A DNA stretch of 64,000 nt from Pseudomonadota bacterium (lineage in GTDB: Bacteria; Pseudomonadota; Gammaproteobacteria; UBA12402). The position numbers and the translations under genes were made by a program. The notes below the pieces were generated by a model, which worked only from the letters and a program-made list of their open reading frames with translations, was not told the origin of the DNA and did not search any database. Positions 1-9,036 of this stretch are shown one piece after another (positions within the stretch are counted from its first letter, which is position 1; every line of letters starts with the position of its first letter). The stretch is from assembly GCA_038043025.1 (NCBI GenBank), contig JBBTCW010000006.1:26710-90709 (forward strand). The letters are read 5' to 3'.

Positions 1-2
1 AT

Positions 3-551
3 ACCGATCGGGCGACGATTAAAGGTTGTTTAACCATGAATTTAAATTATATGATAGAGGCGTCGACAGGCTCCTTGGGGCATGGCTTACCGATCGCAGT
101 GGGGATGGCTCAGGCATTTAAAATGCAACGAATGGATAATAAAGTAATTTGCATTGTTGGCGATGGAGAGATGCAAGAAGGGAGTAATTACGAGGCACTT
201 CAGTTGGCCTATCGATTTAAACTGAACAATTTACTTATTATGGTGGATGCTAATAACTTGCAAGCGATGGATAGAGTTGAAGATGTGGCGCTTGATAATA
301 ATAAGCTGTCCAGTATTTTAAAAAATTATGTGAATCCTTGTGCGTTCCTGGATATTGATGGGCATAGCGAAAATGCATTACAGAAATCACTGAAACAGTT
401 TTTTCATTCACAAAACGATTCTTTTTCGATTATTTTTTGTAGAACGGTTAAGGGGAAAGGATTGTCGCTTATAGAAAATTCAATTAAACATCATTTTAGA
501 TGTCCTGTTGAAGATGGTTATCAAATAGAGGAATGTGAAGAAAATGTTTGA
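3..551 (+). CDS. Transketolase N-terminal (ThDP-binding) subunit, 5' end cut by the window edge
   Basis: ORF 36..551 stays open in frame back to base 3 with no stop. The GDGEMQEGSNYEAL ThDP-binding motif and a GSLGHGLP motif fit the transketolase N-terminal half. Confidence 0.7.
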   Translation, partial: TDRATIKGCLTMNLNYMIEASTGSLGHGLPIAVGMAQAFKMQRMDNKVICIVGDGEMQEGSNYEALQLAYRFKLNNLLIMVDANNLQAMDRVEDVALDNNKLSSILKNYVNPCAFLDIDGHSENALQKSLKQFFHSQNDSFSIIFCRTVKGKGLSLIENSIKHHFRCPVEDGYQIEECEENV

Positions 552-1035
552 AGAAACAGCGAGTAAGAACATATTGATGCAATCGCTTTACCCATATTTT
601 AAGTCAGATGAAAAGATGGCATTATTAGTTGGCGACATGGGGTTTGCGGTATTGGATGATTATTTTAATCATCATGCTGAACGAGTATTCAATATTGGGA
701 TTGCTGAGCAGGCGATGGTTAGTATGGCGGCCGGAATGGGGCTGGCCGGATTAAAGCCTATTATATATACACAGATACCGTTTTTGACCATGCGCGCTTT
801 CGAACAAATACGTTACGATATATGCGAACATAAATTGAATGTTAAGATGATTGGTATCGGCGCTGAAAATTATTTTAATGTGTTGGGGCGTAGTCATTGT
901 GTGGATGAAGATGATGTAAAAATTATGTCGATTTTTAAATCTTTATTAATTTTATTACCGACAGCTGCTACGATACAAGATGATTTGAAAAAATGTTTTG
1001 AGTATGATGGTCCGGTTTACATTCGTTGTAAATAA
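535..1035 (+). CDS. Transketolase C-terminal-subunit-like protein (pyrimidine-binding domain only, unusually short at 166 aa)
   Basis: Translation resembles the transketolase central pyrimidine-binding domain (GDMGFAVLDD, IAEQAMVSMAAGMGLAG). It overlaps the upstream tkt N-subunit gene by 17 nt. The gene is too short to include the usual C-terminal domain. Confidence 0.55.
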   Translation: MKKMFEETASKNILMQSLYPYFKSDEKMALLVGDMGFAVLDDYFNHHAERVFNIGIAEQAMVSMAAGMGLAGLKPIIYTQIPFLTMRAFEQIRYDICEHKLNVKMIGIGAENYFNVLGRSHCVDEDDVKIMSIFKSLLILLPTAATIQDDLKKCFEYDGPVYIRCK

Positions 1036-1098
1036 TATCGTGATTTACCAGAGCATCATCGTTTGAAAGATTAACCTTATAATTATCAGGGTGCGTGC

Positions 1099-2229
1099 AT
1101 GAGCAAATTAATGTTAGATGAGGAAAGCGAGTTAATATTAGATGGCTCTAAAATAATCTGGCATCAAGAGCGGTTAGAGCAATGGAAAAGAGGTGAGCGT
1201 TTTGCGCCGATCACTATTGACATGGCGTTGACTCAAGCTTGTCAATATAATTGTGAATTTTGCTATGCAAAATTACAACAAAATAAAGGTCATCGCATTA
1301 CGTTTGAGATCATGAAAAATTTTATCGATGATTGCGCCGAAATTGGGGTCAAAGCAATTAGTTTAGTCAGTGACGGAGAAAGTACCGCTAACCCTATTTA
1401 TCAGGATGTTATTGTTTATGGTCATGAAAAGGGGCTCTCTATGGCGTTAGGGACGCATGGGCATACACTGACGGAAGATGTGCTCGAAAAAATATTACCT
1501 GCGTTGACGTATATTCGTGTGAATTTTACAGCAGGTGAAGCGGATCGATACGCAAAAATACATGGTGTGCCCGAAAGTTATTTCTATGATGTTGTTGAGA
1601 ATATTAAGACAGCCATGCGGTTAAAGAAACAACATGGGTTAGATGTAACGATCGGCATGCAAATGGTGTTGATGCCTGAATATGCAGATCAAATTTTACC
1701 CTTGGCGAAGCTAGGAAAAGAAATTCGTCCGAATTATTTAGTTATTAAGCATTGTTCGGATGATGAAATGGGGTCTCTTGGCGTTAATTATGACGGATAT
1801 GAGCGGCTTTTTAATCTTTTAAAAGAAGCGGAAAGTTATACGGATGATGAATATTTGGTAAAGGTAAAATGGTCTAAGATTAAATCGGCAGGTAAGCGTT
1901 CATATAGTTGTTGTTATGGTCCGCCATTTCATTTGCAAATGTCCGGTTCTGGTTTGATCGCGCCATGCGGTAGTTTCTTTCATCCCCGATATGCAAGATA
2001 TCATATTGCGCATATTGATCAAGGAGACAGACTAAAAGATGTAGTGTTTAGTGATCGATACTGGGATGTCATGAATGAGTTAGCGTCAGAAAAATTTGAT
2101 GCTAAGACGATGTGTGCTGCGCTGTGTTTACAGCATAAGACAAATGAAGTTCTGGACGGCTATAAGAAAAATAAAATTTCCTTGGATAAGCCAACGGGTA
2201 AAAAACCACAACATATTGATTTTATTTGA
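1099..2229 (+). CDS. Radical SAM protein
   Basis: CQYNCEFCYA matches the CX3CX2C radical SAM cluster motif near the N-terminus. 376 aa, with GESTANP nearby. Confidence 0.6.
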   Translation: MSKLMLDEESELILDGSKIIWHQERLEQWKRGERFAPITIDMALTQACQYNCEFCYAKLQQNKGHRITFEIMKNFIDDCAEIGVKAISLVSDGESTANPIYQDVIVYGHEKGLSMALGTHGHTLTEDVLEKILPALTYIRVNFTAGEADRYAKIHGVPESYFYDVVENIKTAMRLKKQHGLDVTIGMQMVLMPEYADQILPLAKLGKEIRPNYLVIKHCSDDEMGSLGVNYDGYERLFNLLKEAESYTDDEYLVKVKWSKIKSAGKRSYSCCYGPPFHLQMSGSGLIAPCGSFFHPRYARYHIAHIDQGDRLKDVVFSDRYWDVMNELASEKFDAKTMCAALCLQHKTNEVLDGYKKNKISLDKPTGKKPQHIDFI

Positions 2230-2240
2230 TAAGGTGATGT

Positions 2241-3722
2241 ATGTTAATTGATAGTTGCGTGAATGTATTAGAAAATATAAAAAGCATCGCGGCTAGCCGA
2301 GATATTATCTTAATTTCGGGTAAATTTAACATATTACACCCCGGGCATATTCGCTTATTAAAATTTGCTAAGAGTTTGGGCGATTTTTTAGTGGTTGCTT
2401 TAGAGCCTGACATTTCCGATAAGACATTGTTGCCCTCGCATTTGCGATTGGAAGCCATTAATGCGACGCATTATGTCGATTATGCTTTTGTATTGCAGTC
2501 AAGCGCAACGGATTTTATTGCGGAATTAAGACCCCATATCGTTGTGAAAGGCAGCGAATTTGAGGCGAGACATAACCCTGAAGAAGCGGTGTTAGCTTCT
2601 TACGGGGGAAAATTGGTTTTTGGTTCGGGCGACATTCGATTTTCCTCCTTGGATTTATTAAAAAAAGAGTTCAGTCAATTTGAATTATCCACCATTGAGA
2701 AACCACTGGATTATCCGCGTCGACATAATTTTAATTTTAATGATTTAACGGCGCTTATTAATAAATTTTCTTCTCTGAATGTACTAGTGATTGGCGATAC
2801 GATTGTGGATGAATATGTGATGTGTGATCCGCTCGGCATGAGTCAAGAAGACCCCACGATTGTGGTCACCCCTATCTCATCGAATAAATTTTTGGGTGGC
2901 GCGGGTATTGTGGCGGCGCATGCGCGTGGATTAGGGGCTCATGTGAGCTTTTATTCGATATTGGGCGATGATCAATTATCTAACTTTGTCGAAGAAAAAA
3001 TGCAGGAATATCGTATTGATGCGCATTTATATACGGATAAAACAAGAGAAACTACGCATAAACAGCGTTTCCGAGCCAATGGCAAGACGTTATTAAGAGT
3101 CAACCGATTAAAACAGCATTATATCGATAATGAGTTGCAGGAAACAATACTTCAAGATATTCGCCATCATTTAGATAAAATAGATTTATTAATTTTTTCT
3201 GATTTTAGTTATGGCTGTTTACCAAAAAAATTGATTGCAAGTATATCGGCGCTTGCGTTAGAACATAATATTATTGTTACCGCAGATAGTCAGTCGTCTT
3301 CACAAATGGGGGATATTTCGCGGTTTAATAACATGTCATTGGTCACCCCGACAGAAAGAGAAATTCGATTGGCGGTGAAAGATTTTGAATCGGGATTAAT
3401 TGTGTTGGCGGATAAGTTGCGGCAGAAAATTCATCCGGCGAATATTGTTATTACGCTAGGCGCAGAAGGGATGATTATTAATGAGATGCGAGATCCCGCC
3501 GCTGACTTATTAACGGATCGATTGCCGGTGTTTAATAAAGCGCCCAAGGATGTCGCTGGCGGTGGCGATGCTTTGCTCGTCGGAACCTCGCTTGGGCTGG
3601 CGGCAGGCGCTGATATTTGGCAAAGCGCTTATGTCGGCGCACTTGTAGCGGCTTGTCAGGTGGGACGATTAGGAAACTTACCCTTGCAGCAAAAAGAAAT
3701 TCTAAAAGAGATCATGAGTTAA
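2241..3722 (+). CDS. Bifunctional cytidylyltransferase-like / pfkB-family sugar kinase (HldE-like domains in reversed order)
   Basis: N-terminus has the nucleotidyltransferase HxGH motif (GKFNILHPGHIRLL). C-terminal half is a pfkB carbohydrate kinase (LVIGDTIVDEY; DVAGGGDALL signature near the C-terminus). Confidence 0.6.
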   Translation: MLIDSCVNVLENIKSIAASRDIILISGKFNILHPGHIRLLKFAKSLGDFLVVALEPDISDKTLLPSHLRLEAINATHYVDYAFVLQSSATDFIAELRPHIVVKGSEFEARHNPEEAVLASYGGKLVFGSGDIRFSSLDLLKKEFSQFELSTIEKPLDYPRRHNFNFNDLTALINKFSSLNVLVIGDTIVDEYVMCDPLGMSQEDPTIVVTPISSNKFLGGAGIVAAHARGLGAHVSFYSILGDDQLSNFVEEKMQEYRIDAHLYTDKTRETTHKQRFRANGKTLLRVNRLKQHYIDNELQETILQDIRHHLDKIDLLIFSDFSYGCLPKKLIASISALALEHNIIVTADSQSSSQMGDISRFNNMSLVTPTEREIRLAVKDFESGLIVLADKLRQKIHPANIVITLGAEGMIINEMRDPAADLLTDRLPVFNKAPKDVAGGGDALLVGTSLGLAAGADIWQSAYVGALVAACQVGRLGNLPLQQKEILKEIMS

Positions 3723-4424
3723 ATGAAAGCGCTATTATTAGCCGCGGGCTTTGGTAATCGATTAAAGCCGATTACAGATTACATGCCAAAATGCTTGGTT
3801 CCTATCAATGGGAAACCATTATTAGCATATTGGATAGAAAATTTAGTCGCTGCGGGCGTTCAAGAAATATTAATTAACCTACATTATAAAGCTGACCAGG
3901 TTCAAGCGTTTGTTGATCATTCTCCCTATAAAACGATTATTAAAACCGTTTATGAAGAAGAATTATTGTTAACGGGCGGAACGTTACATAGGAATAGAAA
4001 TTTTTTTGGTCATGATGATGTGTTAATGGCGCATGCGGATAATCTTTGCATCTGTGATTTTAAAAAATTTATGCAAACTTATTATGACCGCCCAAAAAAT
4101 GTTGATATGACGATGATGACGTTCAACACGGATAATCCGACATCTTGCGGCGTCGTTGAATTAAATAATAATATTGTTGTTGGTTTTTATGAAAAGGTAA
4201 AAAATCCTCCCAGTCATTTAGCCAATGGCGCTGTATATATTCTTTCACAAGAGGTGTTGGGGTTTTTGGAAGGATTGGGCAAGGAAAAAATTGACTTTAG
4301 CACAGAAGTGATTCCTCATTTTCTAAATCGAATCAATACGTTTCATAACAGCATTTACCATCGAGATATTGGTACGCTAGAAAGTTACGCGCTGGCTCAA
4401 CTAGAGGTGGAAAAATTATTATGA
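3723..4424 (+). CDS. Sugar-phosphate nucleotidyltransferase (NTP-transferase family)
   Basis: LLAAGFGNRLKPIT is a GxGxRL pyrophosphorylase motif. 233 aa. Start abuts the upstream stop. Confidence 0.6.
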   Translation: MKALLLAAGFGNRLKPITDYMPKCLVPINGKPLLAYWIENLVAAGVQEILINLHYKADQVQAFVDHSPYKTIIKTVYEEELLLTGGTLHRNRNFFGHDDVLMAHADNLCICDFKKFMQTYYDRPKNVDMTMMTFNTDNPTSCGVVELNNNIVVGFYEKVKNPPSHLANGAVYILSQEVLGFLEGLGKEKIDFSTEVIPHFLNRINTFHNSIYHRDIGTLESYALAQLEVEKLL

Positions 4425-5719
4425 GCAGAAAAAGCTTTATGGTTGTTTTTAATGATGACCTTAATATTGGGAATTTTTCAGAAAACTTACATTATACGTT
4501 ATTTAAAGCTGAGCGATTAAACAAAAAGGTGAAGCTTATAAGAAAGCGCATGTTTTTTGAGAAGTTTTTGAAAAAAGTTTTTAATCGTAAGCAGCTTACG
4601 GGAGTATATCGATTACATGGAGCACTTATTGATTCTCATTATACGCTGATAGATAGAGCGCTAGAGTTATTTTATGGATTTTATTTTTGGAGTAATTTAA
4701 TTAGTCGAGCGATTTTGTGGAAGTTAAAAATTTTACGCAAATTGGAACTAAAAACGATAAGTCGTGGCGAGACAGATATATTTAATATTGAAAATAAAGG
4801 TATTTTTGATGTCGGTTCAATGGGTGCTGTTAATTGGTCATCGCTTTTGGAAAAAAAACAAGATTTATTTTTTTGTTCAAAAGATGAAAAAAAATGTCAG
4901 GAAAATTTACGACAATTAGGGGTTGGAGAAGGTCAATGGTATGTGTGTTTGCATATTAGAACTAGTTTTTATCATAGCAGTTATATGGATGAACATCGAA
5001 ATTCTAGTGTCGAGAATTATTTAGAAGCCATCAATTATATACATTCTTTAGGTGGTGTCGTAATTAGGTTAGGTGATCCCGTGTTCTTGGGCTATGAGGA
5101 CGCTTATATTGACTATCCTAATACCTCTTTTAAATCTGAATTAATGGATTTATTTTTAATAAAAAATTGTAGATTTTTTTGGGGAACAAATTCTGGAATT
5201 TTTGATACGGCTTTATTATTTGGTGTGCCGACACTGGCGGTTAATGTCTCTGATTTTTTGTTTATTCGTCCTTACAAATCGGCGGATAGGATAATCTATA
5301 AACCCATATTGTCGAGAGAAGAAGGGAAGATTATGTCATTTGAAGAGGTTTTTCGCCATACTGACAGCATTATGATGTCTAATATTGGATTGTCAGGCTT
5401 TGAAGCATTTGATAAAGATTACAAAATGGTGGAGAATACATCAGATGAAATCCGGCAAGTTATTGAGGAAATGTGCGTTGGATTTGAAAATGACTTGCCA
5501 GAAACCTATTTTCAACAGGCATTTAAAGCGCAATTAAACATAGCCGCTATTCGATGGGCGACTCAAAAATTTTCTGATCGTCATTTGAATAATGCTTATA
5601 GAATAGCGGCCAAGACATATTTCAGCGGTCGCATTGGTCGGCATTTTGCAGAAAAATATTTATATGGCACGCCGGATTTGCCGCATGACAAAGAGAGGTG
5701 TTATGAAGCTGAACAATAA
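4421..5719 (+). CDS. Hypothetical protein, possible GT-B-like glycosyltransferase of unknown family
   Basis: 432-aa ORF in operon context. C-terminal half (IRLGDP...NCRFFWGTNSGIFDTALLFGVPTLAVN) vaguely resembles GT-B nucleotide-binding domains. No firm motif. Confidence 0.3.
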   Translation: MSRKSFMVVFNDDLNIGNFSENLHYTLFKAERLNKKVKLIRKRMFFEKFLKKVFNRKQLTGVYRLHGALIDSHYTLIDRALELFYGFYFWSNLISRAILWKLKILRKLELKTISRGETDIFNIENKGIFDVGSMGAVNWSSLLEKKQDLFFCSKDEKKCQENLRQLGVGEGQWYVCLHIRTSFYHSSYMDEHRNSSVENYLEAINYIHSLGGVVIRLGDPVFLGYEDAYIDYPNTSFKSELMDLFLIKNCRFFWGTNSGIFDTALLFGVPTLAVNVSDFLFIRPYKSADRIIYKPILSREEGKIMSFEEVFRHTDSIMMSNIGLSGFEAFDKDYKMVENTSDEIRQVIEEMCVGFENDLPETYFQQAFKAQLNIAAIRWATQKFSDRHLNNAYRIAAKTYFSGRIGRHFAEKYLYGTPDLPHDKERCYEAEQ

Positions 5720-6713
5720 GAAAATATTAGTAACCGGTGCCGATGGTTTTATCGGCTCGCATTTAGTGGAACGTCTCATCGCATTAAATTATGATGTGCG
5801 GGCATTTGTTTTATATAATTCTTTTAATAGTTGGGGGTGGTTGGATGCTTTGCCGGCCGCCACTAAAAAGAATTTGGATGTGTTTGTCGGCGATGTGCGT
5901 GACCCAAATGGTGTGCGCCATGCCGTTAAAGATTGTCAAATTATCATGCATTTGGCTGCATTGATTGGTATTCCGTATTCGTATTATTCGCCGGATTCTT
6001 ACGTGGATACCAATATTAAAGGAACGTTAAATGTTTTGCAGGCGGCAAGAGACTCTGGCGTTGAAAAAATTATTCATACGTCAACGAGTGAGGTATATGG
6101 TACGGCGCAGTTCGTGCCGATCACAGAAGATCATCCTCTGCAAGGACAGTCGCCTTATTCTGCGACAAAAATTGGAGCGGATCAATTAGCGCTTTCTTTT
6201 TATAATGCATTTGATACGCCGGTGAGCGTGATTCGCCCTTTTAATACTTATGGGCCGCGTCAATCGGCGCGGGCAGTGATTCCGACGATTATTACGCAAG
6301 TGGCGGCAGGGACGAGTGAGATTAAATTAGGTGCTTTGTCGCCCACGCGAGATTTTAATTATGTGAGCGATACAGTAAATGCGTTTATTGCGATGGCGGA
6401 ATCTGATCGCGTGATGGGCGAAGTGGTGAATATTGGCAGTAATTATGAGATTTCCATTGAAGATCTGGTTAAGTTGATTGCTGCTTGTATGAATAAAAAA
6501 ATCACGTTGAGTGAGGATGCGCAGAGGATGCGGCCAAAAAAGAGTGAGGTAGAGCGATTATGGGCAGATAACGCTAAAGCAAAAGCATTATTAGATTGGA
6601 CACCGGCGTATGCTGGGTTAGAGGGGTTGCAGAAAGGGTTGCAAAGAACCATCGAATGGTTCTCGCATTCAGAAAATCTTAAGCATTATAAGTGTGGGAA
6701 ATATGTCGTTTGA
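5703..6713 (+). CDS. NAD-dependent NDP-sugar 4,6-dehydratase/epimerase (SDR, LegB/PseB-like)
   Basis: Start set at the ATG at 5703 (MKLNNKKILVTGADGFIGSHL, Rossmann GxxGxxG) after a GAGAGG RBS. YSATK catalytic YxxxK is present. Confidence 0.65.
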   Translation: MKLNNKKILVTGADGFIGSHLVERLIALNYDVRAFVLYNSFNSWGWLDALPAATKKNLDVFVGDVRDPNGVRHAVKDCQIIMHLAALIGIPYSYYSPDSYVDTNIKGTLNVLQAARDSGVEKIIHTSTSEVYGTAQFVPITEDHPLQGQSPYSATKIGADQLALSFYNAFDTPVSVIRPFNTYGPRQSARAVIPTIITQVAAGTSEIKLGALSPTRDFNYVSDTVNAFIAMAESDRVMGEVVNIGSNYEISIEDLVKLIAACMNKKITLSEDAQRMRPKKSEVERLWADNAKAKALLDWTPAYAGLEGLQKGLQRTIEWFSHSENLKHYKCGKYVV

Positions 6714-7890
6714 TCCTCGTTTATTTATTACAACGTTAAAAAATTGCTTGCCAAGCGCTCAGGCGAGTATTGCATTGCATGAACCGTTATTTGCTGGCAA
6801 TGAATGGCGTTATGTTAAAGAATGTTTGGATACTGGCTGGGTCTCTTCGGGTGGAAAATTTGTGGATCGATTTGAATATGATTTGGCAGCGTACACTGGC
6901 GCGAAACATTGTGTGGTTGCCGTGAATGGTACTGCGGCGTTGCATATTATTTTTTTGTTGGCGGGCATCAAGCCAAATGATGAAGTATTGGTGCCAGCCT
7001 TGACATTTATTGCCACCTGTAACGCGATCGCCTATTGTGGCGGCGTTTCTCATTTTATTGACAGTGAAGAATCTCATTTAGGCATCGATTTTAAAAAATT
7101 GGAACGTTATTTATCTGACATAACAGAAATCAAAGACAATGTTTGTTACAATAAATTAACTAAGCGGCCGATTCGTGCGTTATGTGTAATGCATACGTTT
7201 GGTCATCCCGTGGATTTAGATGCGGCGATGGCTTTATGTGATCGTTATCATTTGAAGTTGATTGAAGATGCGGCTGAAGCATTGGGTTCTTTTTATAAAG
7301 GTCAGCATGTGGGACATCATGGTTTTGCCGGGGCATTAAGTTTTAATGGAAATAAAATCATTACGACAGGTGGCGGCGGAGCAATCGTCACGGATGATGA
7401 AAGCGTGGCTAAAAAAGCGAAGCATATCACGACAACGGCCAAACTGCCGCATCATTGGAAATATGATTATGATTGCATCGGTTATAATTATCGCTTACCG
7501 AATATTAATGCGGCGCTGGGATGTGCGCAGTTAGAAAAACTACCTGAATTTCTGCAGAAAAAACGCCAACTGACAGAACGATATGAAAAAACATTTAAAC
7601 ATTATGATGGATGCCGGTTTATCGAAGAGCCGAAAGAGGCAAAAAGCAACTGTTGGTTAAATGCGATATTGTTGGACAATTCCAGCCAGCATCTTCGCAA
7701 TGATATTTTAGAATTAGCGATTAAAAATAATATTTTTTTGCGGCCGGTGTGGGAGTTGATGGATACATTGCCGATGTATCAACATTGTCCGCGCATGGAT
7801 TTGTCGGGGGCGAAAAGTATCGCTGCTCGATTAATTAATATTCCGAGCAGTGTTTGTTTAAGTGAGGAGCCGGCGTGCGAAAAATATTAG
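6694..7890 (+). CDS. DegT/DnrJ/EryC1/StrS-family PLP-dependent sugar aminotransferase
   Basis: Family-typical layout with SFNGNKIITTGGGGAIVT (PLP lysine), EDAAEALGS and CVMHTFGHP. Confidence 0.75.
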   Translation: MGNMSFDPRLFITTLKNCLPSAQASIALHEPLFAGNEWRYVKECLDTGWVSSGGKFVDRFEYDLAAYTGAKHCVVAVNGTAALHIIFLLAGIKPNDEVLVPALTFIATCNAIAYCGGVSHFIDSEESHLGIDFKKLERYLSDITEIKDNVCYNKLTKRPIRALCVMHTFGHPVDLDAAMALCDRYHLKLIEDAAEALGSFYKGQHVGHHGFAGALSFNGNKIITTGGGGAIVTDDESVAKKAKHITTTAKLPHHWKYDYDCIGYNYRLPNINAALGCAQLEKLPEFLQKKRQLTERYEKTFKHYDGCRFIEEPKEAKSNCWLNAILLDNSSQHLRNDILELAIKNNIFLRPVWELMDTLPMYQHCPRMDLSGAKSIAARLINIPSSVCLSEEPACEKY

Positions 7891-9023
7891 TCATGACCTG
7901 CGCGCGCTCCGACTACGGGTTGTTGTATGGGTTGATGCGAGAGATACAGCAAGATTCATCGCTGCAATTGCAAATAGTGGTGATGGGGATGCATCTCGAA
8001 GAGAAATTTGGATTGACCTATAAGCAAATTTTAAAAGATGGTTTTAAGATTGATGCCAAAGTGAAAATGAATTTATCCTCTGATAAAGAGGAGACGGTTG
8101 CTAAGGCCGTTAGTTTAGGAGTGGCCGGTTGCGCAAAAGCCTATAAGAAATTAAAGCCCGATATTATTGTATTATTGGGCGATCGATTTGAAACATTTGC
8201 GGCCGCCAGTGCGGCACTGTTTATGCGGATTCCGATTGCGCATATTCATGGTGGCGAAGTCACGGAAGGGGCTTATGATGATGCTGTTCGGCATGCGATT
8301 ACTAAAATGGCGCATTGGCATTTTGTGGCGCATAAACAATATGCGAAGCGCGTTGTTCAATTAGGTGAAAATCCTAATCGAGTATTCTGCGTGGGGGCGG
8401 TGGGCTTGGATTCTATTAAGCGGACAAAACTATTGGACAAAAACGAACTCGAGAGGCAGCTGGGGTTTTCCATTAATAACAATACAGCGTTAGTGACGTA
8501 TCATCCGGTGACGCTAGAAAAGAGTATGGCTGCGCGCCATATTAAGTCTTTATTAAAGGCATTGGAACAATTTAATTTTCAATATATTTTTACGATACCC
8601 AATGCCGATGCCGAGAATACAAAAATTTTTAAAGCATTAAAAAGATTTATGCAGCGACATCCATCGGCGAAAATTTATGCCTCGCTGGGGACTCAGAAAT
8701 ATTTTTCTTTAATGAAATATGCGGGGTTAATGATCGGTAATTCATCGAGTGGCGTGATCGAAGCGCCATCGTTTAAGTTGCCCGTTGTCAATATTGGTTC
8801 GCGACAAATAGGGCGGTTGATGTTTGATAATGTTATTAATTGTTCTGATGATGCAGGTTTGATACAAAGAGCTATTAAAAAAGCACTGTCAATATCTTTT
8901 CGAGAAAAATGTCGGCAGCTTAAAAAAAGTGATTTGGATCAAGGGAGTACGAGTAAGAAAATTAAGAACCTTTTAAAAAGAGTAACATTGAGTGATTTGG
9001 TAAAAGGTTTTTATGACTTATAA
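7875..9023 (+). CDS. UDP-N-acetylglucosamine 2-epimerase (hydrolysing), NeuC/LegG-like
   Basis: N-terminus MRKILVMTCARSDYGLL and LLGDRFE are characteristic of NeuC-type hydrolysing 2-epimerases. Confidence 0.7.
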   Translation: MRKILVMTCARSDYGLLYGLMREIQQDSSLQLQIVVMGMHLEEKFGLTYKQILKDGFKIDAKVKMNLSSDKEETVAKAVSLGVAGCAKAYKKLKPDIIVLLGDRFETFAAASAALFMRIPIAHIHGGEVTEGAYDDAVRHAITKMAHWHFVAHKQYAKRVVQLGENPNRVFCVGAVGLDSIKRTKLLDKNELERQLGFSINNNTALVTYHPVTLEKSMAARHIKSLLKALEQFNFQYIFTIPNADAENTKIFKALKRFMQRHPSAKIYASLGTQKYFSLMKYAGLMIGNSSSGVIEAPSFKLPVVNIGSRQIGRLMFDNVINCSDDAGLIQRAIKKALSISFREKCRQLKKSDLDQGSTSKKIKNLLKRVTLSDLVKGFYDL

Positions 9024-9036
9024 TGGGGGTGCGAAA

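Noticed and set aside
2222-2458. Small antisense ORFs (60-130 aa) embedded in large genes on the opposite strand. Examples: 2222-2458, 6443-6652, 6787-7077, 8172-8360, 12746-12958, 22008-22244, 24214-24552, 35830-36219, 41091-41468, 41444-41908, 52944-53297, 54690-55016.
   Set aside because: They overlap well-supported genes, have no RBS or motif support, and show low-complexity or biased composition typical of antisense frames in AT-rich DNA.
9013-9036. Longer NeuB start at 9013, overlapping the NeuC stop.
   Set aside because: The ATG at 9037 has a better-placed G-rich RBS and matches the conserved NeuB N-terminus. The extension is still possible.
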